A stretch of DNA of 64,000 bases from Candidatus Hydrogenedentota bacterium (GCA_018056705.1 JAGPFE010000016.1:370-64369), one strand, 5' to 3'; positions 49,081 through 58,262 are shown, counted from the first letter of the stretch. Numbers and translations are program-made. The notes: generated by a model not told the origin, from the letters alone.

Positions 49081-51453
49081 TCATGAAAAGACGTCTTCCC
49101 GACCCGTGCCGTGGACCAGTACCACGTCCGGTCCGGCCGGCATCAGGGACGCCTGGTGGCGCGCCCATTCCGTAAAGGTTTCTTCCGTCGGCAGTTCGAA
49201 GCCCAGCATGACCAGGGTCGCGTCTGCCGACTCCCGATGAATGATCTCCGCGATGGGATCGCGGGACACGATTACCGTGAAGTCGACGTCCATGCGGGCG
49301 CGGTGTATCAGGGATTCGAGATCCGCCTGGGCCTCCGGCACTTCCGCGGTATCGGAAACCACCCGCAGGACCCGGATTCGGGACCGCTTCCATTCCCAGT
49401 TCCAGGTGAGCAGGTGGGCCAGCAGCAGCATCAGCGCACCATTTTTCAGTCCCCGCCACCAGATATCTATCCGCTTGGGGATTTCCGGCCGGATTTCCGA
49501 GCGTCCCGGGCGCAGCAGCAGGACGCCCATGTCCAGGCCGCGCGCGAACCGGAGAATACCCGGGCGCAGGGATCCCATGCCCGGTTGGCGGGTCGACCAG
49601 CCAAACAGGACCAGGTTGGGCGCTGCCGGCGTGGAAGCCATGGTCTGCATGACGGCCCGAATGCCAGAATCCAGGTCCGGGGCTGCCATTACGATCGGAA
49701 AAGCGGGCACGCGCCGCTCACGGCAGAACTGCCTCAACTGGTTTTCGGCGTTTCCGCGGCGTTCTTGCAGATGATCCGGGTCGCCCTCGAGTACGCGGAC
49801 AAGGTAGACCAGTCCCGCCCCGGCCTCGAACCAGCAGCCGTAGGAGACCAGGTGTAACCTCGATTCGGGGTATCCCGAGAACACCAGGCAGACCGGACGC
49901 CAGTTTCGAGGCGCGTCAGGACGCTCCGCCAGGGCCAGAAGACTGGTCCGCAGGTTGCGGTAATACAGTCCCCGGCGCGCGTCGCCATAGACCGTCTCCA
50001 GCCCCCGGCTCCGCAGGTACCGGTGCAGCAGCACGAGGATAACCACTACCACGGCGGTACCCCACGGGTTGATCAGGACGCTCGCTCCGGCGCACAGCAG
50101 GCATCCTGCCAGGGCGGTGCCCCAGTGAAAGAACCGGAAGCGAGGACGGAACGAAGGACTTTTCGCGTAAGATTCCACAAAGGCCGCAAGGTTCAACAGA
50201 AAATACGTGGAGAGGAAAAACTGCGTAAGCAGTCCGGCCACCTGGTTCAGGGACTCACCAACCCGTGATAAGGATGCCCAGGCCAGGATACTTCCCGCGA
50301 TGATCCCGGTAAGCAGCGTGGCCCGTCGGGGTTCGTCATTGGCGTGACCCTTGGCGAAGTACCGCAAAGACGGCAGGAGATCATCCCGGGCTACTGCCTG
50401 CAGCACCCTGGGCGCGGACAGGTGCGTGCCCAGCGCGCTGGAGATACTGGCCGCGATGATCCCCACGCTGACGGTCCAGCGCAGGTACGCGGGCAGGACA
50501 TCATGGAAACAGCGGTAGGGCTCTTCGGTCAGGGTGGTTCCCGGAAACGCCCCGGCGAACAGGCAGATCGTGAGCAGGTAGACGGCCGCGGCCGAACCGA
50601 TGGCGAACAACATTCCCCTGGGTATGGAACGTGCTGGATCCGCGAGGTCACCTGACATGTTGAGTCCGACAAGGAATCCCGTCGCGGCCGGAAAGAGTAT
50701 GGCGAAATAAGTCCAGAAATGGCGCCCATCATAAGACGCTGGCGGCATGAGGTTTGACAAAAAAATATCCGGAGTGAACCGGAACAGGGCGCCGCCCAGG
50801 AAGAACAGGATGGATCCTGCGAGGAGGCCGAAAATGACGTATTGTCCCCGGATGGACCAGTCCGCGCCCAGCCACGTAATAAACAATACCGCGATGCCCG
50901 TGCCGAGGGTGATTTCCCTGAACCAGGGAGCCAGGCCAGGAAAATCGAGCACCAGGGCCTCCGTGAACCCTAAAATGTAGAAGACCACGGAAACGGACTG
51001 GGCAAGGTAAAGGGTAAGCCCAATCGCCCCTCCGGACTCCGGTCCCAGCACCCGGGAGATCAGAAAGTAGGCCCCGCCACCACGTATTTCCATGTTGGTG
51101 ACCACCGCGCAAACGGAGAGTATGGTCAGCAGAGCGATGCTGATGGCGATGATCATCATGATCAGCGTGAGGCCAAGACCTGCCATCCCCGTCACGTAGT
51201 TCATGCGCAGGTACAGCACCACGCCCAGTATACTCAGAAGGCAGGGTACATATACACCTGAAAAGGTGCCGAAACGATAGCCGCCAGCCTGTGATCTCTG
51301 CCCGCTTTCGCGCACGGGCGTCCTCCTTTGGATCGTGTGAGTCCTGGACAGCGGTATCCATGATACCATAAGGGTGTCCGTCCCGATTGTCCCGGTGGAA
51401 GGTTGGGCGATCGAACCATGGAACCGGCTTATGCTGATGGACTGGGTAAACAT
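49081..51453 (-). CDS. APC-superfamily transporter of the SLC12 (cation-chloride cotransporter)-like type with cytoplasmic C-terminal domain
   Basis: ~12 TM helices with FGTFSGVYVPCLLSILGV and GGAYFLISR motifs, followed by a ~330-aa soluble C-terminal domain. Alternative start at 51369. Confidence 0.65.
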   Translation of the reverse strand: MFTQSISISRFHGSIAQPSTGTIGTDTLMVSWIPLSRTHTIQRRTPVRESGQRSQAGGYRFGTFSGVYVPCLLSILGVVLYLRMNYVTGMAGLGLTLIMMIIAISIALLTILSVCAVVTNMEIRGGGAYFLISRVLGPESGGAIGLTLYLAQSVSVVFYILGFTEALVLDFPGLAPWFREITLGTGIAVLFITWLGADWSIRGQYVIFGLLAGSILFFLGGALFRFTPDIFLSNLMPPASYDGRHFWTYFAILFPAATGFLVGLNMSGDLADPARSIPRGMLFAIGSAAAVYLLTICLFAGAFPGTTLTEEPYRCFHDVLPAYLRWTVSVGIIAASISSALGTHLSAPRVLQAVARDDLLPSLRYFAKGHANDEPRRATLLTGIIAGSILAWASLSRVGESLNQVAGLLTQFFLSTYFLLNLAAFVESYAKSPSFRPRFRFFHWGTALAGCLLCAGASVLINPWGTAVVVVILVLLHRYLRSRGLETVYGDARRGLYYRNLRTSLLALAERPDAPRNWRPVCLVFSGYPESRLHLVSYGCWFEAGAGLVYLVRVLEGDPDHLQERRGNAENQLRQFCRERRVPAFPIVMAAPDLDSGIRAVMQTMASTPAAPNLVLFGWSTRQPGMGSLRPGILRFARGLDMGVLLLRPGRSEIRPEIPKRIDIWWRGLKNGALMLLLAHLLTWNWEWKRSRIRVLRVVSDTAEVPEAQADLESLIHRARMDVDFTVIVSRDPIAEIIHRESADATLVMLGFELPTEETFTEWARHQASLMPAGPDVVLVHGTGREDVFS

Positions 51454-51793
51454 AGACGCCGTCTTCCAATTTATCGTGGCTCACAAGTGGTGGCTGGCCG
51501 CGCTGGTGCCCTTCATGATCGCCGTAGTAGTGCTCAAGGCGCGCGGTTGATGCTGTGGCATATGGTTCGAGCGGGAAGACGATCCCCGGTGGCCTGTCCT
51601 GGTGGTCGCGGGGGCGAAGCGCGCACGCAAGTTTAAGTCGCGCTGCGCGGTTTTGCTGGATTTCGTGCGGGCTGCATGGAGGGTAGGCGTTCGGGTGCCT
51701 GGTTGGGGTGTCTTGAGAAGTTCTATCTATCGGAACGTTGCGCTATCAATTGAATCGGTATCATTGTCATGTGGTGAGGCATGTATCCTGTCA

Positions 51794-51826
51794 GGATTTC
51801 TCCTCACTTCGTGCGTCGCAATGACA
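51794..51826 (-). repeat. dispersed intergenic repeat, form A copy
   Basis: GGATTTCTCCTCACTTCGTGCGTCGCAATGACA. Confidence 0.7.
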
Positions 51827-51994
51827 ACGCATTGTCCGCGCTACCCGCCATGTTCCTTTCATCCCTTATCAATCGTGGCGTGGTATTTGAACCAGTGCTG
51901 TCCTTTCAACCGGCACATTGTCCTTTCGACCCGCGCACTGTCCTTTTGCCACACATTGTCATGTTTGCTCATGCATTGTCATTCGCCCATACAT

Positions 51995-52021
51995 TGTCAT
52001 TTCGAGCGCAGCGAGAAATCT
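51995..52021 (+). repeat. dispersed intergenic repeat, form B copy (inverted partner of 51794-51826)
   Basis: TGTCATTTCGAGCGCAGCGAGAAATCT. The ~170-bp spacer between the pair is a decayed tandem array of CATTGTC(A/C)TTTCG-like units. Confidence 0.7.
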
Positions 52022-52121
52022 TCCCCCACGCCCCACGCCCAACGCCGACATCGCATTCACCGATCCCTGGTCGGGTGGAATCTTCGCGCGGAATCTGCTA
52101 TAATGAGTTCACTTTACGAGC

Positions 52122-52198
52122 GTGCCCATAGCTCAGTTGGATAGAGCGCTTGCCTCCGGAGCAAGAGGCCGCAGGTTCAAGTCCTGCTGGGCACGCCA
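52122..52198 (+). tRNA. tRNA-Arg (anticodon CCG)
   Basis: Cloverleaf folded by hand: acceptor GTGCCCA/TGGGCAC, anticodon loop CTCCGGA, T-loop TTCAAGT, 3' CCA encoded. TATAAT sits ~20 nt upstream. Confidence 0.9.
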
Positions 52199-52425
52199 TT
52201 TTCTTTTATACCCCCGCGCGACATGCGCGCGAATGATGGCCTGTCTTCCGCGCGAGAAGGGAGAACATACGGGAACCGCGTTTTTCCAGGATACCCTTCC
52301 CCCCCGCCTTGCCGGGAGTACGCGCGCCCGAAATCCGTTTTTTATAGAGTTGCGGTTTAATCGGAATTCTGATATGATTATAAAAGTGTAATTCAGATTT
52401 CAAGGGTCTAAGAAGGAGTGGAATC

Positions 52426-54744
52426 ATGGAATACGGGTGGTTTGGTCGACGGTTGAGGGTAGCATTGTTTCTGGCGCTGGCAGGCGTACTGCTGGCGCAG
52501 GGTGTCGCCGGCGCGGACCGGATTCCGCGTATCATGTTCGTCGGGGACAGCTGGTGCGGGTTTATGTTCGGTTTCCGGTCCATCAAGAAGGCTTTGGATG
52601 ATCCGGAATTCGCGTCTGATGGCTTATCCCGCTGGATCGAAACTGGCGCCAGCACGGCGATCATGGGCGCGAAGGCGTACGAGTACCTCTGGCCCCAGCG
52701 TCGGCAGGACGTGATCGACGCGCTGCAGGCTTTACCCACGGTGGACATCGTGGTGATGACTCTGGGTGGTAATGACTTTTCCGGTAGTTTCCCGGTGACC
52801 TTTCCGGGGGGGTACGTACGGGAGGTGGACTGGTACGACTGGTACCGGGAAAACCACGATGGAGATCCCAACAACGACTGGCCGGAATCCATCCTGCACA
52901 ATCAGTTCAAGAATGACATGCGCCAGATTATCCAGTACATTCTGGGCGTCAGGCCGGACATCAAGATTGCCCTGTGCGGTTATGATTTCACCTGCCGCAG
53001 GGTCAACGATCGGTGCAACGGCCTGTTGACCATCCCCGAGCAGACTGGCGGGCTGGTACGTTTCGAACAGGTCAAGCGGGAACTGGCCGAGGAATTTCCC
53101 GGGCGGGTGATCTACGTGCAGACGGCCGGCCTGATGCAGCACCATTTTGGCTATTTCACCAGCAACGAATGGGGCACGGGAACCAGCGGTCCGTGGCCCG
53201 CGCCGCGATCCCTGAGCGAGGTGGACGTGCCGCCGGGTGTGGCGCCGTTGCCGGGAGATCACCGGAACGGTTACACCCCGTGGCCGGGTGGCGATCCCAA
53301 CTGGCAGGACCCCCGGGCCGCGTATATCGATGATGATATTCACCTCGTCGAGGAAGGGTACGACGTGTTCGCCAAGCACATCGTGCGGACCATCGTGCGG
53401 GAGTGGCTTAATTACCCGCGGGCGCTGTACATCCTGCCCCAGGCGCCGTCGGGAAACACGCAGCAGTTCCGGGTGATCTTTTCGCATCCGGTTACGGGCG
53501 TGGACGTGACGGATTTCAGCGCGACGGCGGCCAAGGCGGTTTCCGTGCAATCGGTGACACAGGGATCGACGGCGGAAGAATGGGTGGTTACGGTCGCCCT
53601 CAACGGGGCTCTCGAGGCCCAGTTACAGGTGGAAGACGACGACACGATCGTCCGGAGTGACGACAACACGCTTCCCCTGGGTGGGCCCGGCGTGGGGAAC
53701 GGGGTGTATGCCTACAACGGCGAGTGGACCTTCACGGATCTGCTGCGGCCCGCCGATGACGATTTCGTGGGATCGCTCGAATACCTCAACACGGTGATGG
53801 AGCCCTACATCAAGACCTTTGTTCCCGACATCAGTTTCGCGCCGGATCGCTTCGACGTGAACGGCAATTTCGTCATGGACGGTGGCAGCATGCAGGAGCC
53901 CTACAAGATTCCGGGCAACGCGGTGCTTGAGTCCTACGAGTTCGGGCTGATCCGGTACTGCCTGGATCATCCGACCATCGACCTGTCCGGACGGGGTGGC
54001 TTAAAGGCGGCCGACGTGGTGGCGGCGTGGCAGAACAATATCGTGAAGGCGCAGGCCTGCCTGGGTGGTCTGGGTAGCATTGCCGATTCCTTCCTGCCCG
54101 GGCTGGACACGCTGGTAGCGGGATATTACACGCTTGGAGATGGGGATTCCACGTTCTTCGCGACCACCCTTCTGACCCTGCTGGCAGCCATTGATAACTT
54201 CCCCGTGGGGGTTACGGCTCCCGATCCGGCGGATTTCATCGGTTTTCCAGACCTGCTGTCCCGGACCGCCGACGCGGACAAGGATGGCTGGACGAACGAA
54301 CAAGAATACGCCTATTTCTACCCGGATGGTATCGAGGCGTACGCGGCTGCCGCGCTGGATCCGTCCCGACAGCCCAGGCGCGGCGTGGGGATGTACGAAG
54401 AGGGGGAACACGTGCGCCTGGCCTTGCTGGACCACCCCGCGTATGACAGCACGTTCCAGTGGTACAGGGACGGCGTGGCCCTTGCGGCGAAGAGCATGAA
54501 TGCAGGCGTCAACGAGCGATGCCTGGACCTGTTCCCCGTGACGGAAGCCGACGCGGGCAGTTACACCTGCGTGTACCAGGTGGGACAGGGTGTGGGCGTG
54601 AACCGTGTGCTGGTGAACCGCACCTACGGGCCGATTCAGATCCGCGTGGGGGCGACCATCCCCGCGGCGTCCGGTCTTGGCCTCCTGGCGCTGGGCGGCG
54701 TGCTGGCGGCCGTTGCCACGCGCCGGGCTCGCGGGTCCCGCTGA
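52426..54744 (+). CDS. secreted SGNH/GDSL hydrolase-domain protein with Ig-like domain and IPTL/PEP-CTERM-like C-terminal sorting signal
   Basis: Signal peptide, FVGDSW (GDSx block I) and GGND (block III), Ig-like DAGSYTC motif. C-terminus IPAASGLGLLALGGVLAAVATRRAR (motif, TM helix, Arg cluster). AAGGAG RBS. Confidence 0.6.
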   Translation: MEYGWFGRRLRVALFLALAGVLLAQGVAGADRIPRIMFVGDSWCGFMFGFRSIKKALDDPEFASDGLSRWIETGASTAIMGAKAYEYLWPQRRQDVIDALQALPTVDIVVMTLGGNDFSGSFPVTFPGGYVREVDWYDWYRENHDGDPNNDWPESILHNQFKNDMRQIIQYILGVRPDIKIALCGYDFTCRRVNDRCNGLLTIPEQTGGLVRFEQVKRELAEEFPGRVIYVQTAGLMQHHFGYFTSNEWGTGTSGPWPAPRSLSEVDVPPGVAPLPGDHRNGYTPWPGGDPNWQDPRAAYIDDDIHLVEEGYDVFAKHIVRTIVREWLNYPRALYILPQAPSGNTQQFRVIFSHPVTGVDVTDFSATAAKAVSVQSVTQGSTAEEWVVTVALNGALEAQLQVEDDDTIVRSDDNTLPLGGPGVGNGVYAYNGEWTFTDLLRPADDDFVGSLEYLNTVMEPYIKTFVPDISFAPDRFDVNGNFVMDGGSMQEPYKIPGNAVLESYEFGLIRYCLDHPTIDLSGRGGLKAADVVAAWQNNIVKAQACLGGLGSIADSFLPGLDTLVAGYYTLGDGDSTFFATTLLTLLAAIDNFPVGVTAPDPADFIGFPDLLSRTADADKDGWTNEQEYAYFYPDGIEAYAAAALDPSRQPRRGVGMYEEGEHVRLALLDHPAYDSTFQWYRDGVALAAKSMNAGVNERCLDLFPVTEADAGSYTCVYQVGQGVGVNRVLVNRTYGPIQIRVGATIPAASGLGLLALGGVLAAVATRRARGSR

Positions 54745-54768
54745 TAGGTTAACGGTAAATCAAAGAAA

Positions 54769-54815
54769 GGCTCCCGCCTGTTTCGAAGCGATTCGAAGAG
54801 GCGGGAGCCTTTTTT
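54769..54815. terminator. bidirectional Rho-independent terminator
   Basis: 10-bp stem GGCTCCCGCC/GGCGGGAGCC flanked by T-runs on both strands, between convergent genes. Confidence 0.6.
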
Positions 54816-54890
54816 GTCACGTCATCAAAAAAAAACGCCCATGGAACGGGCTTCCATCGGCGGTTTATCACGGTCATCGTAACAGCAACG

Positions 54891-55421
54891 TCAGGCCTCG
54901 GGAGGAGCGCCCTTGAGTCGTTCGGGATCGATGCTCGCCTGCCGCATGGCCTGGGCTTCGATCTGCTGCATCCGGGCGATGAAAATCTGCTGCAGTTCGG
55001 CCACGGTATCATTCAGCAGGGTTGCTTCACCCGGAGTCAGGTTGCCTTTCATCTTTTCCCGCAGCATGAGCAGCATTTCGATCGTCAGCCGGGCCTGGTC
55101 CAGGTTAACGACCACCCGGTCGGCGCCCTGCGAAATCATGCCAAGGGCAAACATGGCCTGCGTGGCCAGACTCCCCATGAGCATCTCGAAATAGGGATCA
55201 ACGTTACCTTCCGGGGCATCGGGTGCCCCGGTTGGGGCCGTTCGCGCGTCCGCGGGAGTCCTTGCATTACCAACTCCCCCGGTCGTGGCCGCTGACCCGG
55301 ATGATCCCGGCGCGTCCCGACCAGCGTCCGCGGCCAGACGACGAGCCAGTTCCTCCTTTTCCCGTTGTGCCCGGGCTTTCCAGTCTTCGTCCACGAATAG
55401 ATTTGGTCCGCTGTCGGCCAT
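54891..55421 (-). CDS. DUF1844 domain-containing protein
   Basis: LMGSLATQAMFALG...VNLDQARLTIEMLLMLREKMKGNLTPGEATLL matches the DUF1844 core. GGAGG RBS. Confidence 0.6.
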   Translation of the reverse strand: MADSGPNLFVDEDWKARAQREKEELARRLAADAGRDAPGSSGSAATTGGVGNARTPADARTAPTGAPDAPEGNVDPYFEMLMGSLATQAMFALGMISQGADRVVVNLDQARLTIEMLLMLREKMKGNLTPGEATLLNDTVAELQQIFIARMQQIEAQAMRQASIDPERLKGAPPEA

Positions 55422-55501
55422 GGAAAGACCTCCGCGTCAAACCGGTCCCGTGGCCGCGGACGGGATACGCTCCCGCCCCGGCCACGGGTTACCGGAACGC
55501 G

Positions 55502-55591
55502 TTACTTGTTCTTGTGCCGATTCGCGCGCCTGCGTTTCTTCCGCTTGTGCTTATTGATCTTCGCCTTGCGGACTTTTCTTCCGCCTGCCAT
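55502..55591 (-). CDS. 29-aa highly basic peptide (possible bS22-like small ribosomal/RNA-binding protein)
   Basis: MAGGRKVRKAKINKHKRKKRRRANRHKNK. AGGAGG RBS 8 nt upstream of the ATG. Lies between ndk and the DUF1844 gene on the same strand; too short to appear in the ORF track. Confidence 0.4.
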   Translation of the reverse strand: MAGGRKVRKAKINKHKRKKRRRANRHKNK

Positions 55592-55666
55592 CTGTCACCT
55601 CCTGGACGCGACAGCGTCCCTTTACGGAACGGGTTACGTTTTCAGACCGGGTTCCGGCAACTGGCG

Positions 55667-56119
55667 CTAGCGCGATCCGTCATCCTCCGGTAACGCGTAG
55701 TCCAGCAGTTCTTCCGGTTTGAAATACAAAGCAATTTCCCGCGCGGCCGTTTCAGGCGAATCGGACGCGTGGATGATGTTGCGCTGCTTGCTCAGGCTGA
55801 AATCCCCGCGAATCGTTCCCGGGTCCGCCTGGGCACTGTCGGTGGCTCCATTCATGCGGCGTACCACCGACACGGCGTCCCGTCCTTCCCACACCATCTG
55901 GACCGTGGGACCGGACGTTATGAACGCCACGAGGTCTTCGAAAAACGGTTTACCCTGGTGTTCGGCGTAATGGGTTTCCGCCATCTCTCTCGTCAGGCGT
56001 TGGAATTTCAGGCCGACCAGTTTCAGTCCCCGCCGTTCAAAACGGCGGATACATTCACCAACCAGGCCCCGCCCAACGCCGTCGGGCTTCACCATGACAA
56101 ATGTGCGTTCCACAGTCAT
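55667..56119 (-). CDS. ndk: nucleoside diphosphate kinase
   Basis: [15 protein letters not shown] start, NIIHASD active-site His region. 150 aa. Confidence 0.9.
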   Translation of the reverse strand: MTVERTFVMVKPDGVGRGLVGECIRRFERRGLKLVGLKFQRLTREMAETHYAEHQGKPFFEDLVAFITSGPTVQMVWEGRDAVSVVRRMNGATDSAQADPGTIRGDFSLSKQRNIIHASDSPETAAREIALYFKPEELLDYALPEDDGSR

Positions 56120-56230
56120 AAGAAACGGAAATGCCCTCTTTACACCGTTCCAAGGTTACTCGAGGACCCCTAGTTTAGCAAAAAAAAGCGCGTTTCCGCA
56201 AGTTCCCAAAAAGGATGGGCTGAGGCTGAA

Positions 56231-57979
56231 TCAGGGACAATCCCTTTGCACCTCGACTTCTCGGGCTATCAGGGCGGGAATGTGAATCGAGCAGGAATCG
56301 GAGTTAAGGGGATTTCCGGTACATTCCAGCACGCGAGGAAAAAGGGTGGTGTCCGCGTCGATGAACGTGACGCCCGTGGCTAATGGGCCGAGGTCCGCGA
56401 CCTGGTTGTCGCTGATGTCAAGATGCCGAAGTTTATTCAGGCCGGACAGGGGAGAGACGTCTACAACCTGGTTCCCCGCCAGGTACAGGGCCTGGAGGTT
56501 GCGGGCCGCTTCCAATCCTTGCAATGACGTGATGCCCATGTTAGGAATGTCCAGGGATGCGATGTTCAGCATGTTCTGTCGCGTGACAGGCGTGGCAGGG
56601 TCGGTAATGTTGAACAAACCCCGGATGAAACTCGACAGTGTCGTGTCGGTAATGGTCACGGGATCATCGCATCCTCCTGTCGCCAGCGTGAAGAACACGG
56701 TGGAGCCGGGAAGCATTGACGTGCCCGACGCGGGGGTTTGTGTCGCCACGATATCCGGGGGGAAGATCGGACTGCAGGTGTAAGACATTACGGGAACCAG
56801 TCCGACAGACTGGAGGGCGCTTTCCGCGTCATTTCGCGTCATGCCGACGAGATGCGGAACGGGTACGGGGCATGGTCCGGTGGAAATTTCGAGGTCCACC
56901 ACGGCTCCTGGCATGACAACCGACCCGCCGATCGGGGACTGGTTGGCAACGCTGTCTGCGGCATGTACATTACTGCAGGCCGTCGTGACGGTTCCGACGG
57001 TCAAGCCTACATTCGCGAGGAGATCCCGGGCGGTTTGCTCTGAAAGATGGACCAGGTTTGGCACGACCACGGGACACGGACCCGCGCTCACGACCAGGTG
57101 AACCACCGATCCTTCCAGCACGTTGCTTCCGGCAATTGGATCCTGGGTGATGACGGCATCCACGGTAGTGTTATTGTCACACCGCGTGGAAATACTCGCG
57201 CCAAGGTTTAAACCCTGTAGCGTGAAAGTGGCAGTTCCCATGTCCACGTTTGACAGGTCGGGCACGGATACACAGGATCCCGCCGCAAAGTCAAAGTCGA
57301 CGGCGGTGCCCAGGGTAACCTGTGTTGCCGCCGCGGGGGACTGATGAATCACCGTGTCCAGGGGATCGGTGTTACTGCAGGCGGCGTTCGCGGTCCCAAC
57401 GGTAAGGCCAGCGGCGGTGATGGCGCTTTCGGCCTCGCCCCGGCTCATGCCCGAAAGGTTCGGCACCGCCGTGATCACGGGACAAGGCCCGGAGGACAAG
57501 GTAAAGTCCACGATGGAACCCGTGGTAACAGAGATGCCTGTACCGGGGTTTTGAGAAGCCACGGTGTCCGGTGCCGCGGTGTCACTGCAGGCGGTACTTA
57601 CCGATCCAACGACGAGGCCAGCGGCGGTGATGGCGCTTTCGGCCTCGCCCCGGCTCATGCCCGAAAGGTTCGGCACCGCCGTGATTACGGGACAAGGCCC
57701 GGAGGATATTTCCAGGTCGACCGCGGTCCCTTTTCGGACCCGGATTCCCCCCGCGGGCTGTTGCGTTATGACGCTTCCCGCGGGCACCGCGTCGTGACAG
57801 CGAAGGCTGATCTGGCCCACCTGTAAGCCCGCCCCGGTAATGGCGGTTTCGGCCTCGACCCGCGCAAGCCCCATGACATCGGGGGTTTTCGGCTTACAGC
57901 CCGTGGCGATCAGTACCAGCCCGGAAAGAACGACCCATCTACCCCGCCGCGTGGTCCAGAAACTCCCCATGAATTTCAT
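56231..57979 (-). CDS. lipoprotein with ~6 tandem PASTA domains and a C-terminal leucine-rich-repeat region
   Basis: Lipobox LIATGC. Repeated ~70-aa PASTA modules (VPNLSGMSRGEAESAITAAGLxVG...Q.P..G......V.L..S.GPCP). LRR segment LQALYLAGNQVVDVSPLSGLNKLRHLDISDNQV. Confidence 0.65.
   Translation of the reverse strand: MKFMGSFWTTRRGRWVVLSGLVLIATGCKPKTPDVMGLARVEAETAITGAGLQVGQISLRCHDAVPAGSVITQQPAGGIRVRKGTAVDLEISSGPCPVITAVPNLSGMSRGEAESAITAAGLVVGSVSTACSDTAAPDTVASQNPGTGISVTTGSIVDFTLSSGPCPVITAVPNLSGMSRGEAESAITAAGLTVGTANAACSNTDPLDTVIHQSPAAATQVTLGTAVDFDFAAGSCVSVPDLSNVDMGTATFTLQGLNLGASISTRCDNNTTVDAVITQDPIAGSNVLEGSVVHLVVSAGPCPVVVPNLVHLSEQTARDLLANVGLTVGTVTTACSNVHAADSVANQSPIGGSVVMPGAVVDLEISTGPCPVPVPHLVGMTRNDAESALQSVGLVPVMSYTCSPIFPPDIVATQTPASGTSMLPGSTVFFTLATGGCDDPVTITDTTLSSFIRGLFNITDPATPVTRQNMLNIASLDIPNMGITSLQGLEAARNLQALYLAGNQVVDVSPLSGLNKLRHLDISDNQVADLGPLATGVTFIDADTTLFPRVLECTGNPLNSDSCSIHIPALIAREVEVQRDCP
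57406..57715. repeat. 210-bp-period near-identical tandem duplication inside the PASTA-repeat gene
   Basis: A ~100-bp block (GGCCAGCGGCGGTGATGGCGCTTTCGGCCTCGCCCCGGCTCATGCCCGAAAGGTTCGGCACCGCCGTGAT[C/T]ACGGGACAAGGCCCGGAGGA) occurs at 57406-57505 and 57616-57715 with one mismatch. Confidence 0.65.
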
Positions 57980-58154
57980 GTTTACCTCCCCGGCCTCGGA
58001 ATTTCGGTCCTCGCCCTTGTTCCGTTGGCCTCTGCTCGCGCGCCCATGCGTTCAACCCCATTATACCACGTGTTCTTGACGAGGCATCCGAGGAGAGTGA
58101 ACCGGGCCGGATTATCACCACAACTACAAAATGTGATAAACTACGCCGTACCGG

Positions 58155-58231
58155 GGGCGGTTAGCTCAGTTGGTCAGAGCGCCTGCCTTACACGCAGGAG
58201 GTCGCAGGTTCGAGCCCTGCACCGCCCACCA
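58155..58231 (+). tRNA. tRNA-Val (anticodon TAC)
   Basis: Acceptor GGGCGGT/ACCGCCC, anticodon loop CTTACAC, T-loop TTCGAGC, CCA encoded. Confidence 0.9.
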
Positions 58232-58262
58232 TTTAACCAATGCTCTATTCGTAAAACCTTAC

